From a virus (Duplodnaviria > Heunggongvirae > Uroviricota > Caudoviricetes), in the IMG/VR virus record IMGVR_UViG_2563366910_000001: 40,977 nucleotides of DNA; one strand, given 5' to 3'. This document shows positions 8,882 through 18,017 of the stretch, one piece after another. The notes under the pieces are model-generated. The model searched no databases. It was not told the origin of the DNA and worked only from the letters and a program-made list of their open reading frames with translations. How positions within the stretch are numbered: the stretch's first letter is position 1; the number at the start of each line of letters is the position of its first letter. A program made the position numbers and the translations under genes.

Positions 8882-9097
8882 ATGAGCAACCTACGAAAAT
8901 ATCGAGAGTCACTGAATATCTCTCAAACAACACTTGCTAAGGCAGTTGGATGCACACAGGGAGCTATCGGACATTGGGAATCTGGTCGTCGCTTCCCAGA
9001 CCTTAAAACATGCCGTGCTCTTGTTGCGTGCCTAAACAAGTTAGGCGCAAAAGTCAGTCTTGATGACGTGTTCCCGCCGGAACACAAAGCCGCTTAA
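8882..9097 (+). CDS. cro: Cro-like repressor (HTH_XRE, 71 aa)
   Basis: ATG at 8882 with GGAGG 5 nt upstream. HTH motif QTTLAKAVGCTQGAIGHWESG. Divergent from cI, followed by nutR. Confidence 0.75.
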   Translation: MSNLRKYRESLNISQTTLAKAVGCTQGAIGHWESGRRFPDLKTCRALVACLNKLGAKVSLDDVFPPEHKAA

Positions 9098-9107
9098 TAA
9101 GCGGATC

Positions 9108-9153
9108 CGCTCTTTGTAACAACGGACATTCGTCCTACGTCGCTGAAAAGCGA
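9108..9153 (+). promoter_or_regulatory. nutR candidate (boxA CGCTCTTTG + boxB hairpin TCGCTGAAAAGCGA)
   Basis: boxA-like CGCTCTTT at 9108-9115, a 23-24 nt spacer, then a 5-bp stem with GAAA loop at 9140-9153. Mirrors the nutL candidate. Confidence 0.5.
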
Positions 9154-9238
9154 GTTCCAAGATATCTGACCAACTAAGGCCATATGCGTTTCCACGCATA
9201 CCTTTCAACTAACTATTCACTATTGGAAATCTTAAGAA

Positions 9239-9535
9239 ATGGAAAGAACAAGTTACAGCAAACTATCACAGCGTGACGTTGATCGCGCAGAAACAGATTT
9301 ACTTATCAATCTGTCAGCTATTACCCAGCGCGGTCTGGCAAAGATGATTGGCTGTCATGAATCGAAGATAAGCAGAACGGACTGGAGATTTATTGCTTCG
9401 GTCTTGTGTGCTTTCGGAATGGCATCAGACATCAGTCCGATTAGCAGGGCTTTTAAGTATGCGCTTGATGGACTCACCAATAAAAAACGCCCGGCGGCAA
9501 CCGAGCGTTCTGAACAAATCCAGATGGAATTCTGA
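9239..9535 (+). CDS. cII: CII transcriptional activator
   Basis: 98-aa ORF whose C-terminus LTNKKRPAATERSEQIQMEF matches lambda CII as recalled; HTH present; located between cro and O. Confidence 0.88.
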   Translation: MERTSYSKLSQRDVDRAETDLLINLSAITQRGLAKMIGCHESKISRTDWRFIASVLCAFGMASDISPISRAFKYALDGLTNKKRPAATERSEQIQMEF

Positions 9536-9557
9536 GGTCATTACTGGATCAATCCAC
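9481..9557 (-). ncRNA. oop: OOP-like antisense RNA (approximate bounds)
   Basis: Minus-strand hairpin (complement of 9487-9509) followed by a U-run, antisense to the cII 3' end. This is the position of OOP RNA and its terminator in lambda. The 5' end is inferred from the lambda length (~77 nt), not observed. Confidence 0.5.
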
Positions 9558-9567
9558 AGGAGTCATT

Positions 9568-10467
9568 ATGACAAATACAGCAAAAATACTCAACTTCTGC
9601 AGAGGTAACTTTGCCAAACAGGAGCGTAATGTGGCAGATCTCGATGATGGTTACGCCAGACTATCAAATATGCTGCTTGAGGCTTATTCAGGCGCAGATC
9701 TGACCAAGCGACAGTTTAAAGTGCTGCTTGCCATTCTGCGTAAAACCTATGGATGGAATAAACCAATGGACAGAATCACCGATTCTCAACTTAGCGAGAT
9801 TACAAAGTTACCCGTCAAACGGTGCAATGAAGCCAAGTTAGAACTCGTCAGAATGAATATTATCAAGCAGCAAGGCGGCATGTTTGGACCAAATAAAAAC
9901 ATCTCAGAATGGTGTATCCCTCAAAACGAGGGAAAATCCCCTAAAACGAGGGATAAAACATCCCTCAAATTGGGGGATTGCTATCCCTCAAAACAGGGGG
10001 ACACAAAAGACACTATTACAAAAGAAAAAAGAAAAGATTATTCGTCAGAGAATTCTGGCGAATCCTCTGACCAGCCAGAAAACGACCTTTCTGTGGTGAA
10101 ACCGGATGCTGCAATTCAGAGCGGCAGCAAGTGGGGGACAGCAGAAGACCTGACCGCCGCAGAATGGATGTTTGACATGGTGAAGACCATCGCGCCATCA
10201 GCCAGAAAACCGAATTTTGCAGGGTGGGCTAACGATATCCGCCTGATGCGTGAACGTGACGGACGTAACCATCGCGACATGTGTGTACTGTTCCGCTGGG
10301 CATGCCAGGACAACTTCTGGTCCGGTAACGTGCTGAGCCCGGCCAAACTCCGCGACAAGTGGACCCAGCTCGAAATCAACCGTAACAAGCAACAGGCAGG
10401 TGTGACAGCCTGCAAACCAAAACTCGACCTGACAAACACTGACTGGATTTACGGGGTGGATTTATGA
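9568..10467 (+). CDS. O: Replication initiator protein O
   Basis: 299-aa ORF matching recalled lambda O over its whole length, with the ori iterons embedded in the coding sequence. Confidence 0.95.
   Translation: MTNTAKILNFCRGNFAKQERNVADLDDGYARLSNMLLEAYSGADLTKRQFKVLLAILRKTYGWNKPMDRITDSQLSEITKLPVKRCNEAKLELVRMNIIKQQGGMFGPNKNISEWCIPQNEGKSPKTRDKTSLKLGDCYPSKQGDTKDTITKEKRKDYSSENSGESSDQPENDLSVVKPDAAIQSGSKWGTAEDLTAAEWMFDMVKTIAPSARKPNFAGWANDIRLMRERDGRNHRDMCVLFRWACQDNFWSGNVLSPAKLRDKWTQLEINRNKQQAGVTACKPKLDLTNTDWIYGVDL
9915..10045 (+). repeat. ori-lambda-type origin: four ~19-bp iterons plus AT-rich region inside O
   Basis: Four direct repeats of the form ATCCCTCAAAACGAGGGA (9915-10001), followed by an A/T-rich tract (10002-10045). 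Confidence 0.85.
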
Positions 10468-11165
10468 AAAACATCGCCGCACAGATGGTTAATTTTGACC
10501 GTGAGCAGATGCGTCGGATCGCCAACAACATGCCGGAACAGTACGACGAAAAGCCGCAGGTACAGCAGGTAGCGCAGATCATCAACGGTGTGTTCAGCCA
10601 GTTACTGGCAACTTTCCCGGCGAGTCTGGCTAACCGTGACCAGAACGAACTGAACGAAATCCGCCGCCAGTGGGTTCTGGCTTTCCGGGAAAACGGGATC
10701 ACCACAATGGAACAGGTTAACGCAGGAATGCGCGTAGCCCGTCGGCAGAATCGACCATTTCTGCCATCACCCGGGCAGTTTGTTGCATGGTGCCGGGAAG
10801 AAGCATCCGTTATCGCCGGACTGCCAAACGTCAGCGAGCTGGTTGATATGGTTTACGAGTATTGCCGGAAGCGAGGCCTGTATCCGGATGCAGAGTCTTA
10901 TCCGTGGAAATCGAACGCGCACTACTGGCTGGTTACCAACCTGTACCAGAACATGCGGGCCAATGCGCTGACTGACGCGGAATTACGACGCAAGGCTGCC
11001 GATGAACTGACCTGTATGACAGCGCGAATTAACCGTGGTGAGACGATACCTGAACCAGTAAAACAACTTCCTGTCATGGGCGGCAGACCTCTAAATCGTG
11101 TTCAGGCGCTGGCGAAGATCGCAGAAATTAAAGCTAAGTTAGGACTGAAAGGAGCAAGTGTATGA
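10464..11165 (+). CDS. P: Replication protein P (DnaB helicase loader)
   Basis: 233-aa ORF matching recalled lambda P; start overlaps the O stop (ATGA). Confidence 0.95.
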   Translation: MKNIAAQMVNFDREQMRRIANNMPEQYDEKPQVQQVAQIINGVFSQLLATFPASLANRDQNELNEIRRQWVLAFRENGITTMEQVNAGMRVARRQNRPFLPSPGQFVAWCREEASVIAGLPNVSELVDMVYEYCRKRGLYPDAESYPWKSNAHYWLVTNLYQNMRANALTDAELRRKAADELTCMTARINRGETIPEPVKQLPVMGGRPLNRVQALAKIAEIKAKLGLKGASV

Positions 11166-11452
11166 CGGGCAAAGAGGCAATTATTCATTACCTGGGGACG
11201 CATAATAGCTTCTGTGCGCCGGACGTTGCCGCGCTAACAGGCGCAACAGTAACCAGCATAAATCAGGCCGCGGCTAAAATGGCACGGGCAGGTCTTCTGG
11301 TTATCGAAGGTAAGGTCTGGCGAACGGTGTATTACCGGTTTGCTACCAAGGAAGAACGGGAAGGAAAGATGAGCACGAACCTGATTTTTAAGGAGTGTCG
11401 CCAGAGTGCCACGATGAAACGGATATTGGCGGTATATGGAGTTAAAAGATGA
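11162..11452 (+). CDS. ren: Ren protein
   Basis: 96-aa ORF matching recalled lambda Ren; start overlaps the P stop. Confidence 0.85.
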   Translation: MTGKEAIIHYLGTHNSFCAPDVAALTGATVTSINQAAAKMARAGLLVIEGKVWRTVYYRFATKEEREGKMSTNLIFKECRQSATMKRILAVYGVKR

Positions 11453-11478
11453 CCATCTACATCACTGAGCTAATAACA

Positions 11479-11506
11479 GGCCTGCAGGTAATCGCAGGCC
11501 TTTTTA
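11479..11506 (+). terminator. Rho-independent terminator (tR2 position)
   Basis: GGCCTGC-aggtaatc-GCAGGCC hairpin followed by TTTTTATTT, immediately after ren and before ninB. Confidence 0.65.
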
Positions 11507-11525
11507 TTTGGGGGAGAGGGAAGTC

Positions 11526-11966
11526 ATGAAAAAACTAACCTTTGAAATTCGATCTCCGGCACATCAGCAAAACGCTATTCACGCAGTACAGCAAATCCTT
11601 CCAGACCCAACCAAACCAATCGTAGTAACCATTCAGGAACGCAACCGCAGCTTAGACCAAAACAGGAAGCTATGGGCCTGCTTAGGTGACGTCTCTCGTC
11701 AGGTTGAATGGCATGGTCGCTGGCTGGATGCAGAAAGCTGGAAGTGTGTGTTTACCGCAGCATTAAAGCAGCAGGATGTTGTTCCTAACCTTGCCGGGAA
11801 TGGCTTTGTGGTAATAGGCCAGTCAACCAGCAGGATGCGTGTAAGCGAATTTGCGGAGCTATTAGAGCTTATACAGGCATTCGGTACAGAGCGTGGCGTT
11901 AAGTGGTCAGACGAAGCGCGACTGGCTCTCGAATGGAAAGCGCGATGGGGAGATCGGGCTGCATGA
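11526..11966 (+). CDS. ninB: NinB (Orf-family recombination mediator)
   Basis: 146-aa protein starting MKKLTFEIRSPAHQQ, matching recalled lambda NinB. Confidence 0.85.
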   Translation: MKKLTFEIRSPAHQQNAIHAVQQILPDPTKPIVVTIQERNRSLDQNRKLWACLGDVSRQVEWHGRWLDAESWKCVFTAALKQQDVVPNLAGNGFVVIGQSTSRMRVSEFAELLELIQAFGTERGVKWSDEARLALEWKARWGDRAA

Positions 11967-12490
11967 CTATCAAATCAAATACGCCAGCACACGACAAGGA
12001 CTGCTGGCAAACGCCGCTTTGGCTTTTTGATGCACTGGATATTGAGTTTGGATTCTGGCTGGATTCGGCAGCGAGCGACAAAAATGCTCTGTGCGCTCAC
12101 TGGCTAACTGAGGACGACGACGCGCTCAATTCTGAGTGGGTAAGCCACGGTGCAATCTGGAATAACCCACCGTACAGCAATATCAGGCCGTGGGTGGAAA
12201 AAGCCGCTGAGCAGTGTATACAACAGCGACAGACGGTAGTGATGCTTGTGCCAGAGGATATGTCTGTCGGATGGTTCAGCAAGGCTCTGGAGAGTGTTGA
12301 CGAAGTTCGTATTATCACTGATGGACGGATTAATTTTATCGAACCATCGACAGGGCTGGAGAAGAAGGGAAACAGCAAAGGCTCCATGCTGCTGATTTGG
12401 CGACCGTTCATCAGTCCTCGACGGATGTTTACTACCGTATCCAAAGCGGCATTGATGGCGATCGGGCAGGGCGTCAGGAGGGCTGCATGA
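11963..12490 (+). CDS. Phage N6-adenine DNA methyltransferase (Dam-like, NPPY motif)
   Basis: Start overlaps the ninB stop (ATGA). Contains the N6-adenine MTase motif IV (IWNNPPYSN) and the WQTP segment typical of phage Dam-family methyltransferases. No adjacent restriction endonuclease gene. Confidence 0.8.
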   Translation: MTIKSNTPAHDKDCWQTPLWLFDALDIEFGFWLDSAASDKNALCAHWLTEDDDALNSEWVSHGAIWNNPPYSNIRPWVEKAAEQCIQQRQTVVMLVPEDMSVGWFSKALESVDEVRIITDGRINFIEPSTGLEKKGNSKGSMLLIWRPFISPRRMFTTVSKAALMAIGQGVRRAA

Positions 12491-12663
12491 GACGACAGCG
12501 ACGAAGCATCACCGACATAATCTGCGAAAACTGCAAATACCTTCCAACGAAACGCTCCAGAAATAAACGCAAGCTAATCCCAAAAGAATCTGACGTAAAA
12601 ACCTTCAATTACACAGCCCACCTGTGGGATATCCGGTGGCTAAGATATCGTGCGAGGAAATGA
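12487..12663 (+). CDS. ninE: NinE
   Basis: 58-aa protein [29 protein letters not shown]..., matching recalled lambda/DLP12 NinE. ATGA overlap with the methyltransferase stop. Confidence 0.7.
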   Translation: MRRQRRSITDIICENCKYLPTKRSRNKRKLIPKESDVKTFNYTAHLWDIRWLRYRARK

Positions 12664-12665
12664 CA

Positions 12666-13007
12666 ATGGATTATTCACAGTTAAGTGATTTTGAAATTAA
12701 CAGAATGGTAGGAGACATAATTTTTAAAGGCCTTTGGGCAAGTAAACCGGAAACATCAGGGAATAACACCAACAAATGGTATTACGGAAATGCTGATACA
12801 ACTTTTGAGCCATTAAATCATTTGCCTGACTACTGCAATGATCCGAGCGCTTCATGGCCGATTATTGAGAAATACAGGATTTCTATCTTAGACCAGTTAA
12901 CTGAATGGTGTGTGGATGCAAAAGGCGTAAGCCCAATATTTGATACCAGACCTCTCCGCGCCGCCATGATTGTCTTTCTCCTGATGCAGGAGGCCAATAA
13001 TGCTTAG
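12666..13007 (+). CDS. Hypothetical nin-region protein (113 aa)
   Basis: ATG at 12666 with GAGGA 7 nt upstream. Position corresponds to a DLP12-type nin-region ORF; family not confidently recognised. Confidence 0.5.
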   Translation: MDYSQLSDFEINRMVGDIIFKGLWASKPETSGNNTNKWYYGNADTTFEPLNHLPDYCNDPSASWPIIEKYRISILDQLTEWCVDAKGVSPIFDTRPLRAAMIVFLLMQEANNA

Positions 13008-13194
13008 CCCATCTCAATCCCTTCAATACCTGAAAGAAAGCATAGAGCGGGCTTCAATGTGCACAGAGTGGATTCTATCTAGGTTTAGCGCATACAGAAG
13101 ATTGCCGGTAAAGGGCATGCCAAGCAAGTCGATGCTGCATATGCAAAAGAATGCGCGCTGGAAGGTATGGCGAGAACACAGGTTATGTGGCTGA
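13000..13194 (+). CDS. NinF-like small protein (N-terminus lambda-like, C-terminus divergent)
   Basis: Begins [18 protein letters not shown] like recalled lambda NinF, but the remainder lacks the Cys-rich segment. Confidence 0.45.
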   Translation: MLSPSQSLQYLKESIERASMCTEWILSRFSAYRRLPVKGMPSKSMLHMQKNARWKVWREHRLCG

Positions 13195-13213
13195 AAGAGG
13201 GGGTTATTAAGGC

Positions 13214-13576
13214 GTGAATACCTACAGCATCACATTACCCTGGCCTCCGGGCAATAATCGCTATTACCGCCATAATCGCGGGCGCACGCACGTCAGCGCA
13301 GAGGGGCAGGCATACCGCGATAACGTCGCCCGAATCATTAAAAACGCAATGCTGGATATCGGCCTGGCTATGCCTGTGAAAATCCGCATTGAGTGCCACA
13401 TGCCGGATCGCCGTCGCCGTGACCTGGATAATCTGCAAAAAGCCGCTTTTGACGCACTCACTAAAGCAGGTTTCTGGCTGGATGATGCTCAGGTCGTTGA
13501 TTACCGCGTTGTGAAGATGCCTGTTACCAAAGGTGGGAGGCTGGAACTGACCATCACCGAAATGGGGAATGAATGA
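13214..13576 (+). CDS. rusA: RusA Holliday junction resolvase
   Basis: 120-aa protein [37 protein letters not shown]..., matching recalled E. coli DLP12 RusA. GTG start. Confidence 0.9.
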   Translation: MNTYSITLPWPPGNNRYYRHNRGRTHVSAEGQAYRDNVARIIKNAMLDIGLAMPVKIRIECHMPDRRRRDLDNLQKAAFDALTKAGFWLDDAQVVDYRVVKMPVTKGGRLELTITEMGNE

Positions 13577-13713
13577 TGTTTGAGTTTAATATGGCAGAAC
13601 TTCTTCGCCACCGCTGGGGGCGTCTGCGCTTATATCGTTTCCTCGGTTCTGTTTTGACCGATTACCGAATACTGAAGAATTACGCCAAAACCCTGACAGG
13701 AACAGGAGTATGA
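13573..13713 (+). CDS. YlcG-like small protein (46 aa)
   Basis: Small ORF ([26 protein letters not shown]...) overlapping the rusA stop, at the ylcG position of DLP12 between rusA and Q. Below the ORF-track size cutoff; found by reading the sequence. Confidence 0.45.
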   Translation: MMFEFNMAELLRHRWGRLRLYRFLGSVLTDYRILKNYAKTLTGTGV

Positions 13714-13798
13714 AGTCAGAGATAACAATCAACTAATACTGTTTTGTTGATTTTTGCTTGTAATTGGCGTTCTGGTCTGATTTTTGTGGAGTAAGTTG

Positions 13799-14182
13799 AT
13801 GCGTGATATTCAGATGGTTCTTGAGCGTTGGGGTGCGTGGGCGGCTAATAATCATGAAGATGTGACCTGGTCGTCCATTGCCGCCGGTTTTAAGGGATTA
13901 ATTCCTTCAAAAGTAAAATCTCGCCCGCAATGTTGTGACGATGACGCGATGATCATTTGCGGGTGCATGGCCCGTCTGAAAAAGAACAACAGCGATTTAC
14001 ACGATTTATTAGTAGATTATTATGTATGTGGTATGACATTCATGTCACTGGCAAGTAAGCATTGCTGCTCGGATGGTTATATCGGGAAAAGGTTACAGAA
14101 GGCTGAGGGCATAATTGAAGGGATGTTAATGGCATTAGATATCCGGTTAGATATGGATATCGTTGCTAATAATTCTAATTGA
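13799..14182 (+). CDS. Q: Late antiterminator Q (phage 82/DLP12 QuuD type)
   Basis: 127-aa protein [24 protein letters not shown]... with a Cys-rich zinc-binding segment ([12 protein letters not shown]), matching recalled QuuD. ATG at 13799 with GGAG 7 nt upstream. Confidence 0.85.
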   Translation: MRDIQMVLERWGAWAANNHEDVTWSSIAAGFKGLIPSKVKSRPQCCDDDAMIICGCMARLKKNNSDLHDLLVDYYVCGMTFMSLASKHCCSDGYIGKRLQKAEGIIEGMLMALDIRLDMDIVANNSN

Positions 14183-14203
14183 TATGCAATTGTTTACTAA
14201 AAG

Positions 14204-14233
14204 TTATTAAAAATGGGGCGTGGAAACGCCCCC
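14204..14233 (-). terminator. Candidate minus-strand terminator downstream of the porin gene
   Basis: GGGGCG-tggaaa-CGCCCC hairpin with a U-run on the minus strand only. Confidence 0.35.
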
Positions 14234-14320
14234 AAAATAAAGGGTAATATATAACAGAAGGTTTATATAGTAAGAAGCAAGGTAGTGCTTCTAAAGGAAG
14301 TGGCTTGAGGGCTCCACTTA

Positions 14321-14359
14321 TATGTTGCGGAGGCAAAGCCTCCCGCAACATATCTTTTT
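14321..14359 (+). terminator. Rho-independent terminator downstream of Q (tR'-like)
   Basis: ~13-bp near-perfect hairpin (TATGTTGCGGAGGC / GCCTCCCGCAACATA) followed by TCTTTTTC, ~140 nt after the Q stop. Geometry matches a PR'-tR' arrangement. Confidence 0.5.
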
Positions 14360-14370
14360 CGTAAGTCAGA

Positions 14371-15453
14371 TTAGAACTGATAAACCAGACCTACAGCGAC
14401 GATGTCGTCGGTATCAATACCAGCTGTTTTGGTAAACTTACTATCGTCAATTAAGTTGATTTTGTAATCAACAAAAGTGGACATGTTTTTATTAAAGTAG
14501 TAAGTAGCACCGACATCGACATACTTGACTAAGTCTCGGTCACCATGAACACCAAGGTCTTTACCTTTTGACTGAAGGTAAGCAACAGATGGACGCAGAC
14601 CGAAGTCAAACTGATATTGTGCTACTGCTTCAAAGTTTTGTGCTTTGTTTGCAATATGGTTATTACCAAAAACGGTCATATTCTGAGTTTCAGAATATGT
14701 GGTAGCCAGATAGATATTGTTCGCATCATATTTCAGGCCTGCAGCCCATACTTCCGCATTTTTGCCGGAGGCATTGAATTTGCTCTTACCATAGGCGACC
14801 TGACCGTCAGTGCGATCTGATTTAGCATAGGTTGCACCCACGCCGAATCCTTCATACTCATAAGTAGTGGAGAAACCGAAACCATCACCATTGGCTTCAG
14901 TTACGTCAGTGCGGTCATTTTTACCCTGATACTGAGCAGCAAAGTTCAGGCCATCGACCAGACCAAAGAAGTCGTTGTTACGATAAGTTGCAACACCAGT
15001 AGTGCGACCAGTCATGAACACATCTGTTTGGGTCCAGGTATCACCACCGAATTCTGGCAGAACGTCAGTCCACGCACCGATGTCGTATGCTACACCGTAG
15101 TTACGGCCGTAATCGATTGAGCCGTAATCACCAAATTTCAGGCCTGCAAATGCAAGACGGGTTTTGTCTTTGGAAGAACCTTGAGATTCAGCACGGTTGC
15201 CTTTGAATTCATATTCCCACTGACCGAAACCAGTCAGTTGATCGTTGATTTGGGTTTCACCTTTGAAGCCAAGACGGGCATAAGTAGTATCACCATCATC
15301 TGCATCATTAGAGGAGAAGTAGTGCTTGGCATTAACTTTCCCGTATAGATCCAGCTTGTTACTGTCTTTATTATAAATTTCAGCTGCCTGAGCAGACATC
15401 GCCATCAGTACTGATGCAGCTACAGCAGAAATTGCCACTGTTAATTTTTTCAT
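14371..15453 (-). CDS. nmpC: Outer-membrane porin, OmpC/NmpC/Lc family (phage-encoded)
   Basis: 360-aa protein with signal peptide ([23 protein letters not shown]), AEIYNKD start of the mature protein, and the C-terminal ...VGLVYQF beta-barrel signature of general porins. Antisense to the late transcript, between Q and the lysis genes as in DLP12/PA-2. Confidence 0.9.
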   Translation of the reverse strand: MKKLTVAISAVAASVLMAMSAQAAEIYNKDSNKLDLYGKVNAKHYFSSNDADDGDTTYARLGFKGETQINDQLTGFGQWEYEFKGNRAESQGSSKDKTRLAFAGLKFGDYGSIDYGRNYGVAYDIGAWTDVLPEFGGDTWTQTDVFMTGRTTGVATYRNNDFFGLVDGLNFAAQYQGKNDRTDVTEANGDGFGFSTTYEYEGFGVGATYAKSDRTDGQVAYGKSKFNASGKNAEVWAAGLKYDANNIYLATTYSETQNMTVFGNNHIANKAQNFEAVAQYQFDFGLRPSVAYLQSKGKDLGVHGDRDLVKYVDVGATYYFNKNMSTFVDYKINLIDDSKFTKTAGIDTDDIVAVGLVYQF

Positions 15454-15880
15454 TGTACGCCCTTTTTTTGAACTTTTATTAAAAAATGATGTCACTGCGC
15501 GATAAATATTCATCTAATCAATGTGATTATTTCAAGATGTAAGTTTTAGTTTCTCATTTAATTTGTGAAGTAGATCTCTATTTTTATCTGAACCTTTTCT
15601 ATCTAATCCTATTCATGGCTCTTGTCTGAACAAAAATAAATCTATTAGCTAATTTATATTAATGGCACTTATTTATAAGTGCTCTATAATTCTTTAGCTT
15701 AATTTAAACAAACTAAAAATAACATCGGAAATTATTAACTGGTTATTTGTTGAAGCTTTCTTATGCATTTGTGGTGGTGTTTTGAACACTCGGTGGCATT
15801 CTCACAAATATCATTTAGTAGTTTACGTACGTAAAAAATTGGTTATGCTGTTAAGAGTGGTTACTTCGTCACACAGCTTA

Positions 15881-15912
15881 AACCCGCCGTCGAGCGGGTT
15901 TTTCCATTTTTT
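15881..15912 (+). terminator. Candidate intrinsic terminator upstream of the lysis cassette
   Basis: AACCCGC-cgtcga-GCGGGTT hairpin followed by TTTCCATTTTTT in the AT-rich 528-bp spacer between the porin start and the holin. Confidence 0.45.
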
Positions 15913-16041
15913 GAGTCTCGATATTAGCTGATAACCCAATACCTGAGTTATTCACTGACTCCGAATCTGTTACGTTTCTGCCTTTATTGCGATACGTAGT
16001 ATCCCCTTAATTTACACCCGCTTTGTCTGCGAGGTGGGGTT

Positions 16042-16257
16042 ATGAAATCCATGGATAAGTTAACAACGGGTGTCGCCTATGGTACCTCAGCAGGTAGTGC
16101 CGGGTACTGGTTTTTACAGTTGCTCGATAAAGTCACGCCCTCACAGTGGGCGGCAATAGGTGTGCTGGGTAGCCTGGTATTTGGCCTGCTGACGTACCTG
16201 ACAAACCTTTATTTCAAGATTAAAGAAGATAAGCGCAAGGCTGCGAGAGGTGAATAA
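16042..16257 (+). CDS. Holin, phage-21 S21 (class II, pinholin) type
   Basis: 71-aa protein with two transmembrane segments and a basic C-terminus ([13 protein letters not shown]); matches recalled S21/EssD. Confidence 0.9.
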
Positions 16258-16754
16258 TGCCTCCATCATTACGAAAAGCCGTTGCTGCTGCTATTGGTGG
16301 CGGAGCAATTGCTATAGCATCAGTGTTAATCACTGGCCCAAGTGGTAACGATGGTCTGGAAGGTGTCAGCTACATACCATACAAAGATATTGTTGGTGTA
16401 TGGACTGTATGTCACGGGCATACAGGAAAAGACATCATGCTCGGTAAAACGTATACCAAAGCAGAATGCAAAGCCCTCCTGAATAAAGACCTTGCCACGG
16501 TCGCCAGACAAATTAACCCGTACATCAAAGTCGATATACCGGAAACAATGCGCGGCGCTCTTTACTCATTCGTTTACAACGTGGGTGCTGGCAATTTCAG
16601 AACATCGACGCTTCTTCGCAAAATAAACCAGGGCGATATCAAAGGCGCATGTGATCAGCTACGTCGCTGGACATATGCTGGCGGTAAGCAATGGAAAGGT
16701 CTCATGACTCGTCGTGAGATTGAGCGTGAAATCTGTTTGTGGGGTCAGCAATGA
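16257..16754 (+). CDS. Endolysin (GH24 lysozyme with N-terminal SAR signal-anchor-release domain)
   Basis: 165-aa ORF with a Gly/Ala-rich N-terminal hydrophobic segment ([18 protein letters not shown]) followed by a T4-lysozyme-like catalytic region. Start overlaps the holin stop. Confidence 0.9.
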   Translation: MPPSLRKAVAAAIGGGAIAIASVLITGPSGNDGLEGVSYIPYKDIVGVWTVCHGHTGKDIMLGKTYTKAECKALLNKDLATVARQINPYIKVDIPETMRGALYSFVYNVGAGNFRTSTLLRKINQGDIKGACDQLRRWTYAGGKQWKGLMTRREIEREICLWGQQ

Positions 16755-17212
16755 ACAGAGTAACCGCGATTATCTCCGCTCTGGTTATCTGCATCATCGT
16801 CTGCCTGTCATGGGCTGTTAATCATTACCGTGATAACGCCATTACCTACAAAGCCCAGCGCGACAAAAATGCCAGAGAACTGACGCTGGCGAACGCGGCA
16901 ATTACTGACATACAGATGCGTCAGCGTGATGTTGCTGCGCTCGATGCAAAATACACGAAGGAGTTAGCTGATGCGAAAGCTGAAAATGATGCTCTGCGTG
17001 ATGATGTTGCCGCTGGTCGTCGTCGGTTGCACATCAAAGCAGTCTGTCAGTCAGTGCGTGAAGCCACCACCGCCTCCGGCGTGGATAATGCAGCCTCCCC
17101 CCGACTGGCAGACACCGCTGAACGGGATTATTTCACCCTCAGAGAGAGGCTGATCACTATGCAAAAACAACTGGAAGGAACCCAGAAGTATATTAATGAG
17201 CAGTGCAGATAG
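16751..17212 (+). CDS. Rz: Rz i-spanin
   Basis: 153-aa type II membrane protein with an N-terminal TM and coiled-coil periplasmic domain. ATGA overlap with the endolysin stop. Confidence 0.85.
   Translation: MNRVTAIISALVICIIVCLSWAVNHYRDNAITYKAQRDKNARELTLANAAITDIQMRQRDVAALDAKYTKELADAKAENDALRDDVAAGRRRLHIKAVCQSVREATTASGVDNAASPRLADTAERDYFTLRERLITMQKQLEGTQKYINEQCR
16971..17153 (+). CDS. Rz1: Rz1 o-spanin (lipoprotein embedded in the +1 frame of Rz)
   Basis: 60-aa ORF fully inside Rz with a lipobox (LVVVGC) and proline-rich mature region ([15 protein letters not shown]). Confidence 0.75.
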   Translation: MRKLKMMLCVMMLPLVVVGCTSKQSVSQCVKPPPPPAWIMQPPPDWQTPLNGIISPSERG

Positions 17213-17243
17213 AGCTGCCCATATCGATGGGCAACTCATGCAA

Positions 17244-17537
17244 TTATTGTGAGCAATACACACGCGCTTCCAGCGGAGTATAAATGCCTAAAGTAATAAA
17301 ACCGAGCAATCCATTTACGAATGTTTGCTGGGTTTCTGTTTTAACAACATTTTCTGCACCACCACAAATTTTTGCTGCATCGACAGTTTTCTTCTGCCCA
17401 ATTCCCGAAACGAAGAAATGATGGGTGATGGTTTCCTTTGGTGTTACTGCTGTAGGTTTGTTTCCAACAGTAAACGTCTGTTGAGCACATCCTGTAATAA
17501 GCATTGCCAGAGCGGCAGAAAACAACATTTTTTTCAT
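17244..17537 (-). CDS. bor: Bor lipoprotein (serum-resistance factor)
   Basis: 97-aa protein MKKMLFSAALAMLITGCAQQTFTV... with a lipobox; matches recalled lambda Bor. Opposite strand, just downstream of Rz. Confidence 0.85.
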   Translation of the reverse strand: MKKMLFSAALAMLITGCAQQTFTVGNKPTAVTPKETITHHFFVSGIGQKKTVDAAKICGGAENVVKTETQQTFVNGLLGFITLGIYTPLEARVYCSQ

Positions 17538-18017
17538 CTTATTATCCTGCATTGTTAAAAACGGCAGAATCCTATGTGACAACAATTAAACGATAGTTAA
17601 ATGGATTGATGAAAATTAAAACTACACAGGTGGGCTCAGACTATTGGAGGAAGTTGGGGACACTCAGAATCCTGTGGAATGAAATAAACCGGTCTATCCG
17701 TCCATTACCCTTTTAGCTGCGCTGTATCGTCGCCGTATTCCCGCATTAACCATGACCGTAGCCCGACGGGGAATTCCTTCTGCGTGAGTGTGCGGGAATA
17801 ATTAAAAACGATGCACACCGGGTTTTTACCGCGTTAATGATTCGCGGGTTTATCCCGGTGCGATGGTGGAAGAAACAGGAAGCTGTATTACAGAAAGTGC
17901 TACTACTGTATCCCGATGCGATGTATGTAATGTGAGTCAGATAATGGCACAGGATGTGGTGATGTGGCAGTCTGGAACACAGGATATATTGTCAGAATAA
18001 GACCCGTAGGAATAAAA

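Noticed and set aside
9915-10001. Direct repeats considered as a possible CRISPR array
   Set aside because: Four ~19-bp repeats with very short, unequal spacing, lying inside the O coding sequence and followed by an AT-rich tract: these are ori iterons. No cas genes or spacer structure.
9884-10099. 71-aa ORF in an alternative frame within O across the iteron region
   Set aside because: Created by the repetitive iteron sequence; O in the main frame is near-identical to lambda O.
14183-14320. Attempt to pinpoint the PR' late promoter and qut site after Q
   Set aside because: Candidate -35/-10 hexamers (TTGATA, TTTACT, TATTAA) exist but none has convincing spacing. Only the downstream terminator hairpin is reported.
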